Source of the DNA: an uncultured delta proteobacterium
GTDB taxonomy: Bacteria > Myxococcota_A > Polyangia > Polyangiales > JAFGIB01
Length of the DNA: 64,000 nucleotides
NCBI GenBank assembly: GCA_963778655.1
Contig: CAVZVA010000010.1
Location: forward strand, 1,056,001-1,120,000
Reading direction: 5' to 3'
In this document: positions 38,255 through 48,400 of the stretch, in pieces
Layout of the letters: every line of letters begins with the position of its first letter
Position numbering within the stretch: position 1 is the stretch's first letter
Made by a program: the position numbers and the translations under genes
Notes under the pieces: generated by a model
The model's database searches: none
Told to the model about the DNA's origin: nothing
What the model saw: the letters and a program-made list of their open reading frames with translations, nothing else

Positions 38255-38264
38255 GAGCAACCTC

Positions 38265-38411
38265 ATGCACCGCCCCGCGCTCGACTTCGGCAAGCTTTCG
38301 CGCGTTTCCCGCGTCGCCGCGTGGATTTGCGTCGAGGAGCGCCGCACGTCGTGCCGCCGCGTGGCGTGGATGCAGCCGGCGGTCTGTTTCCAGGCTCGCG
38401 GAGCACCCTGA
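38265..38411 (+). CDS. Putative leader peptide (48 aa) of the MFS gene
   Basis: MHRPALDFGKLSRVSRVAAWICVEERRTSCRRVAWMQPAVCFQARGAP*. Starts 10 nt after the -10 box, and its last codons form the antiterminator strand. Confidence 0.5.
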   Translation: MHRPALDFGKLSRVSRVAAWICVEERRTSCRRVAWMQPAVCFQARGAP

Positions 38412-38436
38412 GAAGAGCCCATCTTGCCAGCGCAAG

Positions 38437-38477
38437 CGGCCTTCCGGGTGCTCCGACCCGGGGGGCCGTTTTGCTTT
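38437..38477 (+). terminator. Intrinsic terminator/attenuator upstream of the MFS gene
   Basis: 13-bp stem CGGCCTTCCGGGT/ACCCGGGGGGCCG (two G-U pairs), 6-nt loop, then TTTTGCTTT, directly before the GGAG RBS. Confidence 0.75.
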
Positions 38478-38489
38478 GGAGCGACGGTC

Positions 38490-39701
38490 ATGTCTTTGCC
38501 CACATCCGAAGAGCTCAGGCTGCGACGCAACCCGGTGCTGCTGTGCGCATTTCACGCCGCGCAGATGGGCCTGTTTCCGATCGCGGTGCTTACGCTGTTT
38601 CTGCGCGACGAGCTCGGCTTCGGCATGTTCGAGGTGTTCTTGCTGCAGTCGATCTTCGCGCTGGCCGTCGCCAGCTTCGAGTTTCCCGCCGGCTATCTGG
38701 CCGACCGCTGGGGTTACCGGCGCGTGCTGCTGGTCGCGGCTGGGTTCGCGGCCTGCGGCTGGCTGGTCTATGCGCTGGCACGCGACTTTGCCGCGATCGT
38801 GTGCGCGGAGGTGCTGCTGGCGGCGGCGATCGCGCTGATCTCCGGCGCCGACGCGGCGCTGCTGTACGAGTCGCTGCTGGCCTTGCGCGAGGAGGGCAGC
38901 TTTGCGCGCTGGTACGGACTGTACCGCTCGTGCGGCAATGCGGCCGAGGGCACCGCTGCGCTGGCCGGCGCGTACCTGTTCGTGCGCTGGCCGCGCTCGC
39001 CGTTCGTGCTGCAGACGTTGCTCGCCCTGAGCGGCGTGGCGCTGGCGTTTGCCCTGCTCGAGCCGCCGCGCGAGCGCGGGCAACCGCTGGCCGCAGCCGC
39101 GCGCGTGCGTGGGCTGGTGCGTTTCGTCGCCTTCGGCGCACCGCGCCTGCGCGCCGTGATCGCGCTGTTGCTCGCGCTCAGCCTGCCGAGCTACGTGATG
39201 GTGTGGGTGTTGCCGGCCTACGTGCAGGACTCGGGCATCAACGCGGCCTTCATGGGCCCGATCTGGGCGGCCGCCAGCTACACGGTGGCGCTCACCTCGT
39301 GGTCGGCGCCCCGGCTCGCGCAGCGCGTCGGGGTGCCGTCCGCGCTCGCGCTGTGCGTGGCGCTGGTGGCTGCGGGCTACGCGGGGCTCGGCCTCAGCCA
39401 CGGTAGCTACGGCTTCCTGTTCTACTTCGCGCTGTGCACGGTGCGCGGCGTGCAGCTGCCGCTGTTGCACACCGAGGAGCAACGCTTGATTCCGTCGAGC
39501 GACCGCGCGGCGCTGCTCTCGCTCAACAGCTTGTTCTTCAGGGCCAGCTTCATGCTGCTCGGCCCGCTTTTGGGCTACGCCCTGGACCATGCCGACCGCC
39601 ATCACGTGCTGCTCGCGATCGGCGCGGGCTTCTTCGCGTGCGCAGCGGGCGCGTGGCTGTGGTTCGTTAGCGCTCCGCGCGCACAGCTCGCGCCAGGCTG
39701 A
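38490..39701 (+). CDS. MFS transporter (efflux-like)
   Basis: About 12 TM helices, EFPAGYLADRWGYRR (motif A), SGADAALLYESL, IPSSDRAALLS. Confidence 0.92.
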   Translation: MSLPTSEELRLRRNPVLLCAFHAAQMGLFPIAVLTLFLRDELGFGMFEVFLLQSIFALAVASFEFPAGYLADRWGYRRVLLVAAGFAACGWLVYALARDFAAIVCAEVLLAAAIALISGADAALLYESLLALREEGSFARWYGLYRSCGNAAEGTAALAGAYLFVRWPRSPFVLQTLLALSGVALAFALLEPPRERGQPLAAAARVRGLVRFVAFGAPRLRAVIALLLALSLPSYVMVWVLPAYVQDSGINAAFMGPIWAAASYTVALTSWSAPRLAQRVGVPSALALCVALVAAGYAGLGLSHGSYGFLFYFALCTVRGVQLPLLHTEEQRLIPSSDRAALLSLNSLFFRASFMLLGPLLGYALDHADRHHVLLAIGAGFFACAAGAWLWFVSAPRAQLAPG

Positions 39702-39974
39702 GCAGCGGCGCAGCGCGGCAAGCTGTCCGCGTTCGCTTTGGGCGCGTGGAGGTCCGGGAATTGTGCGCGCGCCCTTCCAAGGTCCGCCCGGGCCTGGCCC
39801 TCGACGGCGCGGGCCCGATTCTCGAACAGAGCGTCGAGGGGCTCGGTGCAAGCAGCGTTTGGAGCCGCATTGGGGCCCGAGTGCGTCGGTTACGAGACCC
39901 CGTGCCTGCGCGCAGCTGCTCGAGTGCCGCCGGCCCCAACGCACGGAGTCTCGGTCGTCCGGGCTTGCGCGGAC

Positions 39975-40622
39975 TCAACGCCAGCCGGGCAGGCACGCGT
40001 CGGTGCAGCTCTCGGGGCTCGCCCCGCCGTCGGTGTCGGGCGCGCTCGCGAAGTCCTGGCCGCCGTCGGCGTCCGGACGTGGGAGCGCGCTGCCGCTCAG
40101 GCAGGAAAGGAAGCTGCGGCGCAGCTGCGCGTAGGGCTTGACCTGCGTCGAGCACTGCGCGCCGCACACGTCGAGCACCTGCTCGGACGCCGTGTCCGGG
40201 CTCGCGCTCGTGTCGCGCGCGAAGCACGCCCGCACGCAGTCGAGGAACATGGCCGGACACACGTACGCGGTGGTGAGATAGCTGCCGTCGCCGGCTGGGT
40301 AGGGATCGGACTCGCCGCAGAACAGCTCGCCCAGCGTGTCGCAGCAGGTCTCGGCCAGGCAGATCAAGCACGCGTCGGCCGGGCCCAGCGGATTGGGCTC
40401 GCACGCACGGTCCCAGCGCACCGCGCCGTCGACCGCGGGCTGCGCCGCGCCATCCCGGCCGCCGGCGTCGTGCAACCCCGCGTCACGAGCCGCGCCCGCG
40501 TCGCGCGGCCGCGCGCCCGTGCCGGCATCGCCATGCACGGCAGGCTGGTGCGAGCACGCGGTCATGACGAGCGCGAGCAGCAGCCGAGCCCCGCGCAGCC
40601 GCGCTCGTGTGTGCCTGAGCAT
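39975..40622 (-). CDS. Cys-containing lipoprotein of unknown function
   Basis: Lipobox MTAC, DAG-rich linker, CLICLAETCC and paired Cys. Confidence 0.65.
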   Translation of the reverse strand: MLRHTRARLRGARLLLALVMTACSHQPAVHGDAGTGARPRDAGAARDAGLHDAGGRDGAAQPAVDGAVRWDRACEPNPLGPADACLICLAETCCDTLGELFCGESDPYPAGDGSYLTTAYVCPAMFLDCVRACFARDTSASPDTASEQVLDVCGAQCSTQVKPYAQLRRSFLSCLSGSALPRPDADGGQDFASAPDTDGGASPESCTDACLPGWR

Positions 40623-40791
40623 GCAGCGCAGCGTAGCGGGGCTTCGGCGCGGGCGCGACCAGCTCGGTCCGCGCAAGGCGACGCCCGCGCAGCACTTGTT
40701 CGCAAGCATCCGCGATGACGCGTTTGGATAGGCTTTCTGTCGCGCGTGCGGCCATTGACCGCCAGCGGGGCACCTTGTATCCGGTTGCAAC

Positions 40792-42309
40792 ATGGATTTC
40801 GACGACATCATCGTGGGCGGGGGCTCGTCGGGGGCGGTGCTGGCGGCCCGCTTGAGCGAAGACCCGGCGCGCAAGGTTCTGCTGCTCGAGGCGGGTCCGG
40901 ACTACGTCTCGCTCGCGGACACGCCGGCCGACCTGCTGGGACCCGATCCTTCGCTGCGCGAGCACGACTGGAGCCTGCGCGCCGAGTCCAGCCCGGGGCG
41001 GCGCATTCCGTTTCCGCGCGGCAAGGTGATGGGCGGTTGCTCGGCCGTCAACGGCGCGGTCGCGCTGCGCGGCGTGCCGGCCGACTACGACGAGTGGGCG
41101 GCGCTCGGCAACGACGGCTGGAGCTGGCGCGAGCTGCTGCCGTATTTCAAGCGTCTGGAGAGCGACGAGCTCGGCGAGAGCGCGCTGCACGGAGGCACGG
41201 GCCCGATTCCGATCCGGCGCTTCAAGCGCGACGAGATGTGCGCCACCCAGCGAGCCGCGTATGACGGTTACCGCGGGCTCGGCTTCCCGGAGGTTGCCGA
41301 TCACAACGAGCCCAGCGCCAGCGGCGTCGGACCGATTCCGCTCAACCTGCGCGACAACATCCGCATCTCGACCGCGCTCGGCTATCTCTTGCCCGCCCGG
41401 CAGCGCCCGAACCTGGTGATCCGCGGCGGCGTTACGGTCGAGCGCGTGGCGATCGAGGACGGCCGCACGCTCGGCGTCGAGGTCGTGCGCGGCGCCGGCA
41501 GCGAGCGCATTTCGGCCAAGCGCGTGAGCGTGTGCGCGGGCGCGATCCACTCGCCGGCGATCCTGATGCGCTCGGGCCTCGGCCCGCGCGCCGAGCTGCA
41601 GCGCCTGGGGTTGCCGTGCGTGGCCGACCTGCCCGGCGTCGGCGCGCGCCTGATCGACCACCCCGGCGTCGGCATCTACGCCGTGCCGCGTCCCGAGGCC
41701 CAGGGCCCGGCCGATCCCAACCACCAGGTGATGGTGCGCTACACCGTAGAGGGCTCGCACGAGCACAACGACATGCAGCTCTACCTGTTCGGCCGCATCG
41801 CGCTCAAGGGCACGCGGCTGGAGAAGGCGATCGGCGCCCAGACCTATCTCGCCAGCGCGAGCCTGGTGAGGCCGCGCTCGATCGGGAGCTGGCGCCTGCC
41901 CAGCCGCGACCCCCATGCAGAGCCCGAGGTGGCGCTCAACTTCTGCGCCGACCCCGAGGATCTGCGCCGGCTGGTCGCGGGCTTTCGCCTGAGCTGGGAG
42001 CTGCTGCACGGCGCGCCGCTCGCGGGGCGGATCGCGAGCATCCCGATCTGGACCGACGAGGTGGTGCGCTCCGACGCGCTGCATGAGGCGATCGTCGCCT
42101 CGGTCGGCACTTCGTACCATCCGATCAGCACCGCGCCGATGGGGCCGGATCCAGCGGCCGGCGCCGTGGTCGACGCACGCTGCCGCGTGTATGGCATCGA
42201 GGGCCTGCGCGTGGTGGACGCATCGGTCATGCCCACCATCCCGCGCGCCAACACCAATCTGCCCTGTATGATGATCGCCGAGCGCGTGGCCGACTTCATG
42301 CGGGACTGA
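40792..42309 (+). CDS. GMC family FAD oxidoreductase
   Basis: IVGGGSSG, LLLEAG, RGKVMGGCSAVN, AGAIHSPAILMRSGLG, GLRVVDASVMP…NTN. Confidence 0.95.
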   Translation: MDFDDIIVGGGSSGAVLAARLSEDPARKVLLLEAGPDYVSLADTPADLLGPDPSLREHDWSLRAESSPGRRIPFPRGKVMGGCSAVNGAVALRGVPADYDEWAALGNDGWSWRELLPYFKRLESDELGESALHGGTGPIPIRRFKRDEMCATQRAAYDGYRGLGFPEVADHNEPSASGVGPIPLNLRDNIRISTALGYLLPARQRPNLVIRGGVTVERVAIEDGRTLGVEVVRGAGSERISAKRVSVCAGAIHSPAILMRSGLGPRAELQRLGLPCVADLPGVGARLIDHPGVGIYAVPRPEAQGPADPNHQVMVRYTVEGSHEHNDMQLYLFGRIALKGTRLEKAIGAQTYLASASLVRPRSIGSWRLPSRDPHAEPEVALNFCADPEDLRRLVAGFRLSWELLHGAPLAGRIASIPIWTDEVVRSDALHEAIVASVGTSYHPISTAPMGPDPAAGAVVDARCRVYGIEGLRVVDASVMPTIPRANTNLPCMMIAERVADFMRD

Positions 42310-42388
42310 CAGCCGAGGCCGGGCCGCGGCGTTCCCGTTGCGCGCGCCGCGCGCGGGGCGAGCCCGCCGCGGCTTGAGGCTCGCGCTT

Positions 42389-42616
42389 TCAGCGATCGTG
42401 CTCGCGCAAGCGCGCCAGCACCTCGGCGGCCAGGCGCTTGCTCTCCTCGACGCAGGGCTCGCAGCTGCCACGGCAGCATAGCGGCCAGGCCGAGGGCCTG
42501 CTCTCGAGCAGCGCACGGATCTCATCGTGCCGGCGCCGCGGCACAGCCTGCTCGGCGCACACCCCTTGCAGCAGCGTCTCAAGCTCCGCGGGCAGGTCGA
42601 AGTCTTCGGCGCTCAT
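42389..42616 (-). CDS. Small protein with CCxxxCxxC motif (Oxidored-like)
   Basis: MSAEDFDLPAELE…WPLCCRGSCEPCV, 75 aa. Confidence 0.65.
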   Translation of the reverse strand: MSAEDFDLPAELETLLQGVCAEQAVPRRRHDEIRALLESRPSAWPLCCRGSCEPCVEESKRLAAEVLARLREHDR

Positions 42617-42728
42617 CGAGGTGAAGGCCCTGCTTTCAGCATGGTCCGCCCGCGCCCCGCGCGCGAGCCAAACGCGCGTGCGCGCGGCCGTGAGCGGCCC
42701 GTGCACGGCCTGCTACAATGCCGCCGCC

Positions 42729-43595
42729 ATGCTCACCTTGCGCTACGTGTTGTGCGACGTGTTTACCGACCGACCGCTCAGCGGCAACCAGCTCGCGGTG
42801 TTTACCGACGCGCGCCGTCTGGGCGCGGACACCATGCAGCAGCTCGCGCGCGAGCTGAATCTGTCCGAGAGCGTATTCGTGCTGCCGCCGGGCGCGGGCG
42901 GCCACGCGCGCATCCGCATCTTCACGCCCACGCGCGAGCTGCCCTTCGCGGGCCACCCCACGCTCGGCGCCGCATTCGTGCTGGCGGCACCCATGCAGCT
43001 GCAGAGCATCCGGCTCGAGACCGGCGCTGGGCTCGTTCCGGTGCAGCTCGAGCGCGAGGGCGCGCGGATCGTGTTCGGCTGGATGTCGCAGCCGGTACCC
43101 AAGATCGGCCGCTTCGACGACGAGCGTGCGCTGCTCGCGGCGCTGGGGGTCGAGCGCTCGCTGCTGCCGATCGAGACCTACGACCTCGGGCCCACCCACC
43201 TGTACGTGCACCTGCGGAGCGAGCACGAGGTTGCGGGCCTGAAGCCCGATCTGCGCGCGCTGCAGGCGCTGTGCAGCCAGGGCGTCAACGTGTTCGCGCG
43301 GCGCGGCCCGAGCTGGAAGACGCGCATGTTCGCACCGAGCCACGGCGTGGCCGAAGACGCCGCCACCGGCTCGGCCGCCGGGCCGCTCGCGATCCACTTG
43401 CTCCGGCACGGGCTGATCGAGTCGGGCGACACGATCACGATCGAGCAGGGCGCGGAGATCGGCCGCCCGAGCACGCTGTACGCCCGCGCGCATCGCGCGC
43501 CGGGCGCGCTCGAGGCGATCGAGCGCGTGGAGGTGGGCGGCAGCGCGGTCGTGCTCGGCCGCGGCGAGCTCACGCTGCGCGACCGCTCGAGCTGA
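42729..43595 (+). CDS. PhzF family isomerase/epimerase
   Basis: DVFTDRPLSGNQLAV, LSESVF, RIFTPTRELPFAGHPT, EDAATGSA, EQG. Confidence 0.95.
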   Translation: MLTLRYVLCDVFTDRPLSGNQLAVFTDARRLGADTMQQLARELNLSESVFVLPPGAGGHARIRIFTPTRELPFAGHPTLGAAFVLAAPMQLQSIRLETGAGLVPVQLEREGARIVFGWMSQPVPKIGRFDDERALLAALGVERSLLPIETYDLGPTHLYVHLRSEHEVAGLKPDLRALQALCSQGVNVFARRGPSWKTRMFAPSHGVAEDAATGSAAGPLAIHLLRHGLIESGDTITIEQGAEIGRPSTLYARAHRAPGALEAIERVEVGGSAVVLGRGELTLRDRSS

Positions 43596-43628
43596 ACGCA
43601 AGGCTTGCGGACCTGCGCCGGAGCGACC

Positions 43629-44003
43629 TCAGGGAATGGCCTGGCAGGCCTTCTGACTCGAACCGGCCACGACCGTCACACAGCGGGTCGCGGTGGGGCA
43701 CTCGGCATCGATGATGCACGGTTGCCCACACAGCGGGTTGGTCATGCCGAAACAGCGGCCGCGCGGGTCGAGCAGGCTGCACGCTTGGTCGCTGTTACAG
43801 CCCACCGAGCACTGCCCGTTGAACACGCCGGAAGGCTCGCAGATGTAGCCGTTGGCGCAGGTACCCGTCTCGCACGGATCGCCCACCGCACCGGGCGAAG
43901 GCGGACCGCCTGCGCCGCCCCCGTTCGAGCCCCCACACGCCGCCAGAGCCATGCCGAAGCCGGCATAGGCCAACCACCCCAGGAATCGCCGCTGCTCGCG
44001 CAT
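43629..44003 (-). CDS. Small Cys-rich lipoprotein
   Basis: Lipobox LAAC followed by a domain with many Cys. Confidence 0.75.
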   Translation of the reverse strand: MREQRRFLGWLAYAGFGMALAACGGSNGGGAGGPPSPGAVGDPCETGTCANGYICEPSGVFNGQCSVGCNSDQACSLLDPRGRCFGMTNPLCGQPCIIDAECPTATRCVTVVAGSSQKACQAIP

Positions 44004-44368
44004 GCGCTCCCACCCGCTCGCGCGCGCTGAAGCGCGTCGCAGCTGCTCTTGTAGCGCGGCGGCTCACGTCGAGCAAAGCGTCCCAGTCGTGCCGACCGCT
44101 GGACCGCGACGTGCGGCCGGACCAGGTGGGCGGCTGCTTGATCCTCGGTACGTAGCCCGCGGGCGAAAGCCATCCGCCGGGCGCGCCGAAGCGCTCGCGC
44201 TGCTGCTCGCGCGTGTCGCGCGCCGGTGTACGGCGGCGTCGCCGCGGTGAGCGGGTTGCGCGCTCCGCCCCCCAACGCAGGGGTACGCACGCTCGAGCGC
44301 GGGCCGGCGAGCCAGGTCGATTCCGCGCAGTACCGTCCGCGCCGCGCATCTGGCATGCTCGTGCTTGG

Positions 44369-45400
44369 GTGACGGACGGGCGGCCACGCAACGTAGCGCT
44401 GGGCTTGTGCGTGATGGCGCTGCTGGCCGCCTGCGCGGCGACGCAAGCACGGGCGCAGGCCTCGGTGCCGGTGCTGCTGGGCACGCGCGACCCTTCGGCC
44501 GGCAGCATGCCGGCCCCGGTCATCACCCGCGCGCTCAGACCCTCGGCCGCCGCCGCGCCCGCAACGCGGTCACCTGCGGCGTCTGCAGCGAGGCCTGCCG
44601 CCGCACCCGCAACGCCAGCTGCCGCCACGCGCCCGACGCGGGTCGCCGCCGCGCCCACAACGCGGCCCGCTGCGGCTCCTGCAACACCGGCCGCCGCCGC
44701 GCGCGCAACGCCAGCCGCCGCCGCGCCCGCAGCGCGGTCCGCCGCTGCGGCGCCCGGCGATCCGCGCGCCGCCGCCCACGCCGCGCCGCCGCCGCGCGGC
44801 CCGCACGCCGCCGTCCGCGTGCGAGGCCTGCACGGCACGCTCAACCAGGACGATGTGCACCAGACCATGGACGCGCAGCAAGCCGAGATCGATCGCTGCA
44901 TCGAGCAGGCGCGCCGCAGATTGCGCTGGCTGAGCGGCGAGATCCGTTTCTCGTTTCGCGTCGCTGCGGAAGGTCGGGTCGCGGAGGTGCACCCCACCTT
45001 CTCCAGCGTCGGCCACCGCGAGCTCGAGCGCTGCCTGCGCGATCTGCTGCTGGCCACGCAGTTTCCGCGGCCCGCGGGCGGCGCCGAGGCCAGGTTCAAC
45101 TGGGGCATGCAGTTCGAGCCGGCCAACGGTCGCACGTTCGCGGACGCCGACCCCAAGCCGATTGCGCGCGCGCTTCACAAGCACGCGCGCACGCTGTTTC
45201 GCAGCTGCGAAATTCGCCGCGGCCGCAACCGTTTCCAGATCACAGCCTACGTCTCGCGCGGCGGGCGCCTGCTGTCCGCGGGCGCCGTGCCGGTACCCGC
45301 GCGCGCCGAGGACAAGGTCGACTGCGTGGTCGCGGAGCTACTCAAGTGGCGCCTGCCCAAGCGCAAGCGCGCCGGCAAGCTCAGCTTCGTGCTGCGCTGA
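44369..45400 (+). CDS. Exported protein with AgmX/PglI-type (TonB-C-like) domains
   Basis: Signal peptide, Ala/Pro linker, GTLNQDDV…IDRC…LSGEIRFSFRVAAEGRV…LERCL…FPRP, then a second similar domain. Start uncertain. Confidence 0.75.
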   Translation: MTDGRPRNVALGLCVMALLAACAATQARAQASVPVLLGTRDPSAGSMPAPVITRALRPSAAAAPATRSPAASAARPAAAPATPAAATRPTRVAAAPTTRPAAAPATPAAAARATPAAAAPAARSAAAAPGDPRAAAHAAPPPRGPHAAVRVRGLHGTLNQDDVHQTMDAQQAEIDRCIEQARRRLRWLSGEIRFSFRVAAEGRVAEVHPTFSSVGHRELERCLRDLLLATQFPRPAGGAEARFNWGMQFEPANGRTFADADPKPIARALHKHARTLFRSCEIRRGRNRFQITAYVSRGGRLLSAGAVPVPARAEDKVDCVVAELLKWRLPKRKRAGKLSFVLR

Positions 45401-45422
45401 GCGGGGGCGGTGCTGCTCTCGA

Positions 45423-45447
45423 CGCACTCGCCACTTCGGCGAGGGCG
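45423..45447. terminator. Hairpin between convergent genes
   Basis: CTCGCC-ACTTC-GGCGAG with imperfect extension and no U-tract. Confidence 0.35.
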
Positions 45448-45451
45448 CAGC

Positions 45452-48400
45452 TCATGCGGTGTTCCGGCCAGCGCTCCGCTTACGTCGTCCAGAGGTGCGT
45501 GCAACCGACTTGCTCGCGTTTCGCGTGCCCGCGCTGCGGGTGCTTCGAGCGCTGCTCGACGCGGTTCGTCCGGGGGCGCTACGCCGCCGCCTTGACACGG
45601 AGGGCGTAGAAACGGACCGCATGACCGGCAGCACGACGACGCCCAATCGGATGCCCTCGTCGCGAGACTGCAGGTTCACGGCGAGATCGCAGAGCGTGCG
45701 CTCGACCTCTTCTATGGTTCTCCGCGAGCGACGGCCGGTGAATCCGACGACGTAGATACCGTGGGCTCGATGCTGGTCGACGACGTAGTTGCGTGCCAGC
45801 TTCTCCAGATCTTCCTGCCAGCGGTGATCGTGGGACCACTTGACCTCGATCGCTACGCTCTCACTCTCGGTGCCGGTGAAGGCCAATAAGTCGGGACGGT
45901 CTCCATAACCTTCGGGGACCTCGGCAGCCAACCCCGCGTGTCCGTGGGAACGCGCCGGTAGCAGGTCGCGCAGTCGTAGCTGTAGATACATCCGAAGCTT
46001 GGTCTCATTTCGAGCGTTGACCTCATTATGCCAGACGAGGTCGGCATAGCGCGGCGTGTCCGTCTTGATGCGCTCGAAAAGCTCCATCAGCACGTGAAAC
46101 AGATCATCCGCGCCTCGAAGCGACGACGGGGCCTGCTCCTCGAGCATTTTGGCAACTTCCCGTGGCCGGAGTGGCTCGGGCATGCTGCCCGCAGTGCCGA
46201 GGATGTGATCGATCTCGCGCGCGCTCTGCTCGCGACTGGCCCAGTTGGAAATAGGTGGGTCCAGCGGTTTGAGCTTCTCCACGGCGGCTTTGGCCGCAGG
46301 TTCGGTCCGCATGATCAGCTCCTGCAGAGCTCGATCGCGGAGCTCCGGGTAGCGGTCCGCGCGGGTCACCTCGTGCATCCCGCTTGCAGAGTATTGCGGG
46401 GGATCGCTCGTGCGTGGAAAGCGCTGAAGAAGCCAGGTGGCCAGCTCGCCAAGCGCTGGCGACGGCCACCGGCACGCGTCGGCAGACCAGGCATCGTAGT
46501 TGAAGCGTGGGAGTAGTGGATCGAGGAAGGATAGCGAGATGCCATCCGGCATCTCGGCCAGCACCTCGCCAATGCCCCGGCCGTCCTTCAGAAAGCACCG
46601 CGCGACTCTCACGCCCCACAGTCGCCCGTCCGGCCAGGAGATTCGCATGAGTACGTCGGCTAGACGAGCACCCATAACGGCCGCAAGGGACCATATGATC
46701 GCCTCTACGGCGTCGGGCTTCGTCTCGACGCTTGCTGCGATTTCGAGAACGTTGAGCACAAACGCCGGGTCGTCCAGGGCTTCAGCAGGCAGCGCCGGGA
46801 GGACGTTGAAGAACGGCGTGTGCGAGGCTTCGCGGCGCAAGGCTTCGAGCACGGCGCTGCGTGTCTCGCGCTCCGCGCGTCGAAAACAGGCGGCGACCAC
46901 CGTAGCGCGATCGTCGTCCGCTACGAATAGGACAGAGCGCAGCCACTTGTTGACGAGTGGACCGGTCAGCCATGCGTCGTCGTCAGCCACAGCTCCCCGG
47001 AATGCTGAGGCTTCGTGCGAGATGTTGGTCGAATAGGCGCCGCGAGAGCCGGGAATCTCCGTCGGGGTCGCCTCCGAGAGCGCAACAACAAGACGGCGCA
47101 TCAGTTCGGTCTTCAGGTCGGGACCGAGAGCTTCGACGGCGCCAAGGACGTTGGTCGGGCGGAAGCGTCTGGGAACGAACAGCACCCAACCGAGTAGTTG
47201 TACCTGCCGCAGGGCCGGCAGGTCGCGATCATCGAGGATCTCGTGCACCACGTCGACAACGAAGCGCTGCTCTTCGCGCTCCTGCTTGTCGGCCTCGAGC
47301 CGTTGCCGCCTGCGGGCTTCGTTGGTGGCTTCCACGCTTGCGAGGTCCGCTTCTGCTTGCGCAACAAACACCGCATGGTGTGTCCGCAGCCACGCGTCGA
47401 TTCGCCCACGGCTCGGGGCGTCAACCTCCGGACTGCGCGCAAACCGGACGCACGTTCGCAGAATCTCCCGGTGCGGAGCCACTACCTTCGGCGCTTGCTC
47501 CGCGAGCCATGTCGCATCCTCGGGCTTGAGCTGAAACCGATACGGGTGTGTTGCAGCGAACGCCAGGAACAGCTGACGCCGCGCGGATGGATCGCTGTCG
47601 GCTCTTCGAGCCATCGCGGCGTCCACCTGGAACATGCCGTGCACTCCGTAATGCTGCTCGAGCGCATGACGTAGACGCTCCATATCATCGGAGCTCCAAG
47701 ACACGCTCTCGACGAGCCGCTTGAACGCGGGCTCGAGCAACTCCGACACCACGTGTTCCGGGAGGCCGGAGCACCGAATGCCCAGATGTTGATCGAGAAT
47801 CGCCCTGGCGTCGTCATCGGTTATCTTTTCTGCCAGCTCGTGAAAGAGTAACGCTCGCTCGTCGACCAGACGGGGTTCTTCTGGCGGCGCGCTGCGTGCG
47901 ACCTCCAGCACCGGCTTGCCGCGTTTGAGGGTGTCCGAAAGCGCCATGGCACGGAGCACCGCGGTCTCCGGTGCTTCCTCGCTGAGCAGCTCGTCGAGTC
48001 GGGGCCGAAGCGCGCGCGCGGATGGCGTATCGTGGTGAAATAGAAAGCGAACGCATGCCTCACGCAGCTCGAGCGGCGCCGTTCGGTCGAGCGCAACCGT
48101 CAGGATCGTCTGCGCAAGATCGTTCCAGTCTGGCGAATCGGCGTTGGCCGAGGCGATGTCCAGCGCCAACCTTCGGCGATCTTCGTGCTCGCTTGCGTCG
48201 CCGATGCACTGGGCCGCCAGTACAGCCACAGAAGGGTGGGCGAAGGCGTTGAAGTTGTCTGCATGCCTCAGATTCCAGACGCGCACCGGCGCGTTGATCG
48301 CGTTCAGAATTCGTTCGAAGAGCTCGACCGCTTGCGCCTCGAGCAGGGGTCGTGGAGTCTCTTGCGACAAAGCCTCCAGATGCGGCCTCCCCTCTGTTGC

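Noticed and set aside
39798..39840. 9-bp inverted repeat in the 270-bp gap after the MFS gene as an ncRNA
   Set aside because: Plausible by chance at this GC content, with no promoter, terminator or known RNA motif.
40792..43595. Phenazine or mycofactocin biosynthesis cluster
   Set aside because: Only generic PhzF-like and GMC genes are present, with no phzABDEG or mftABC.
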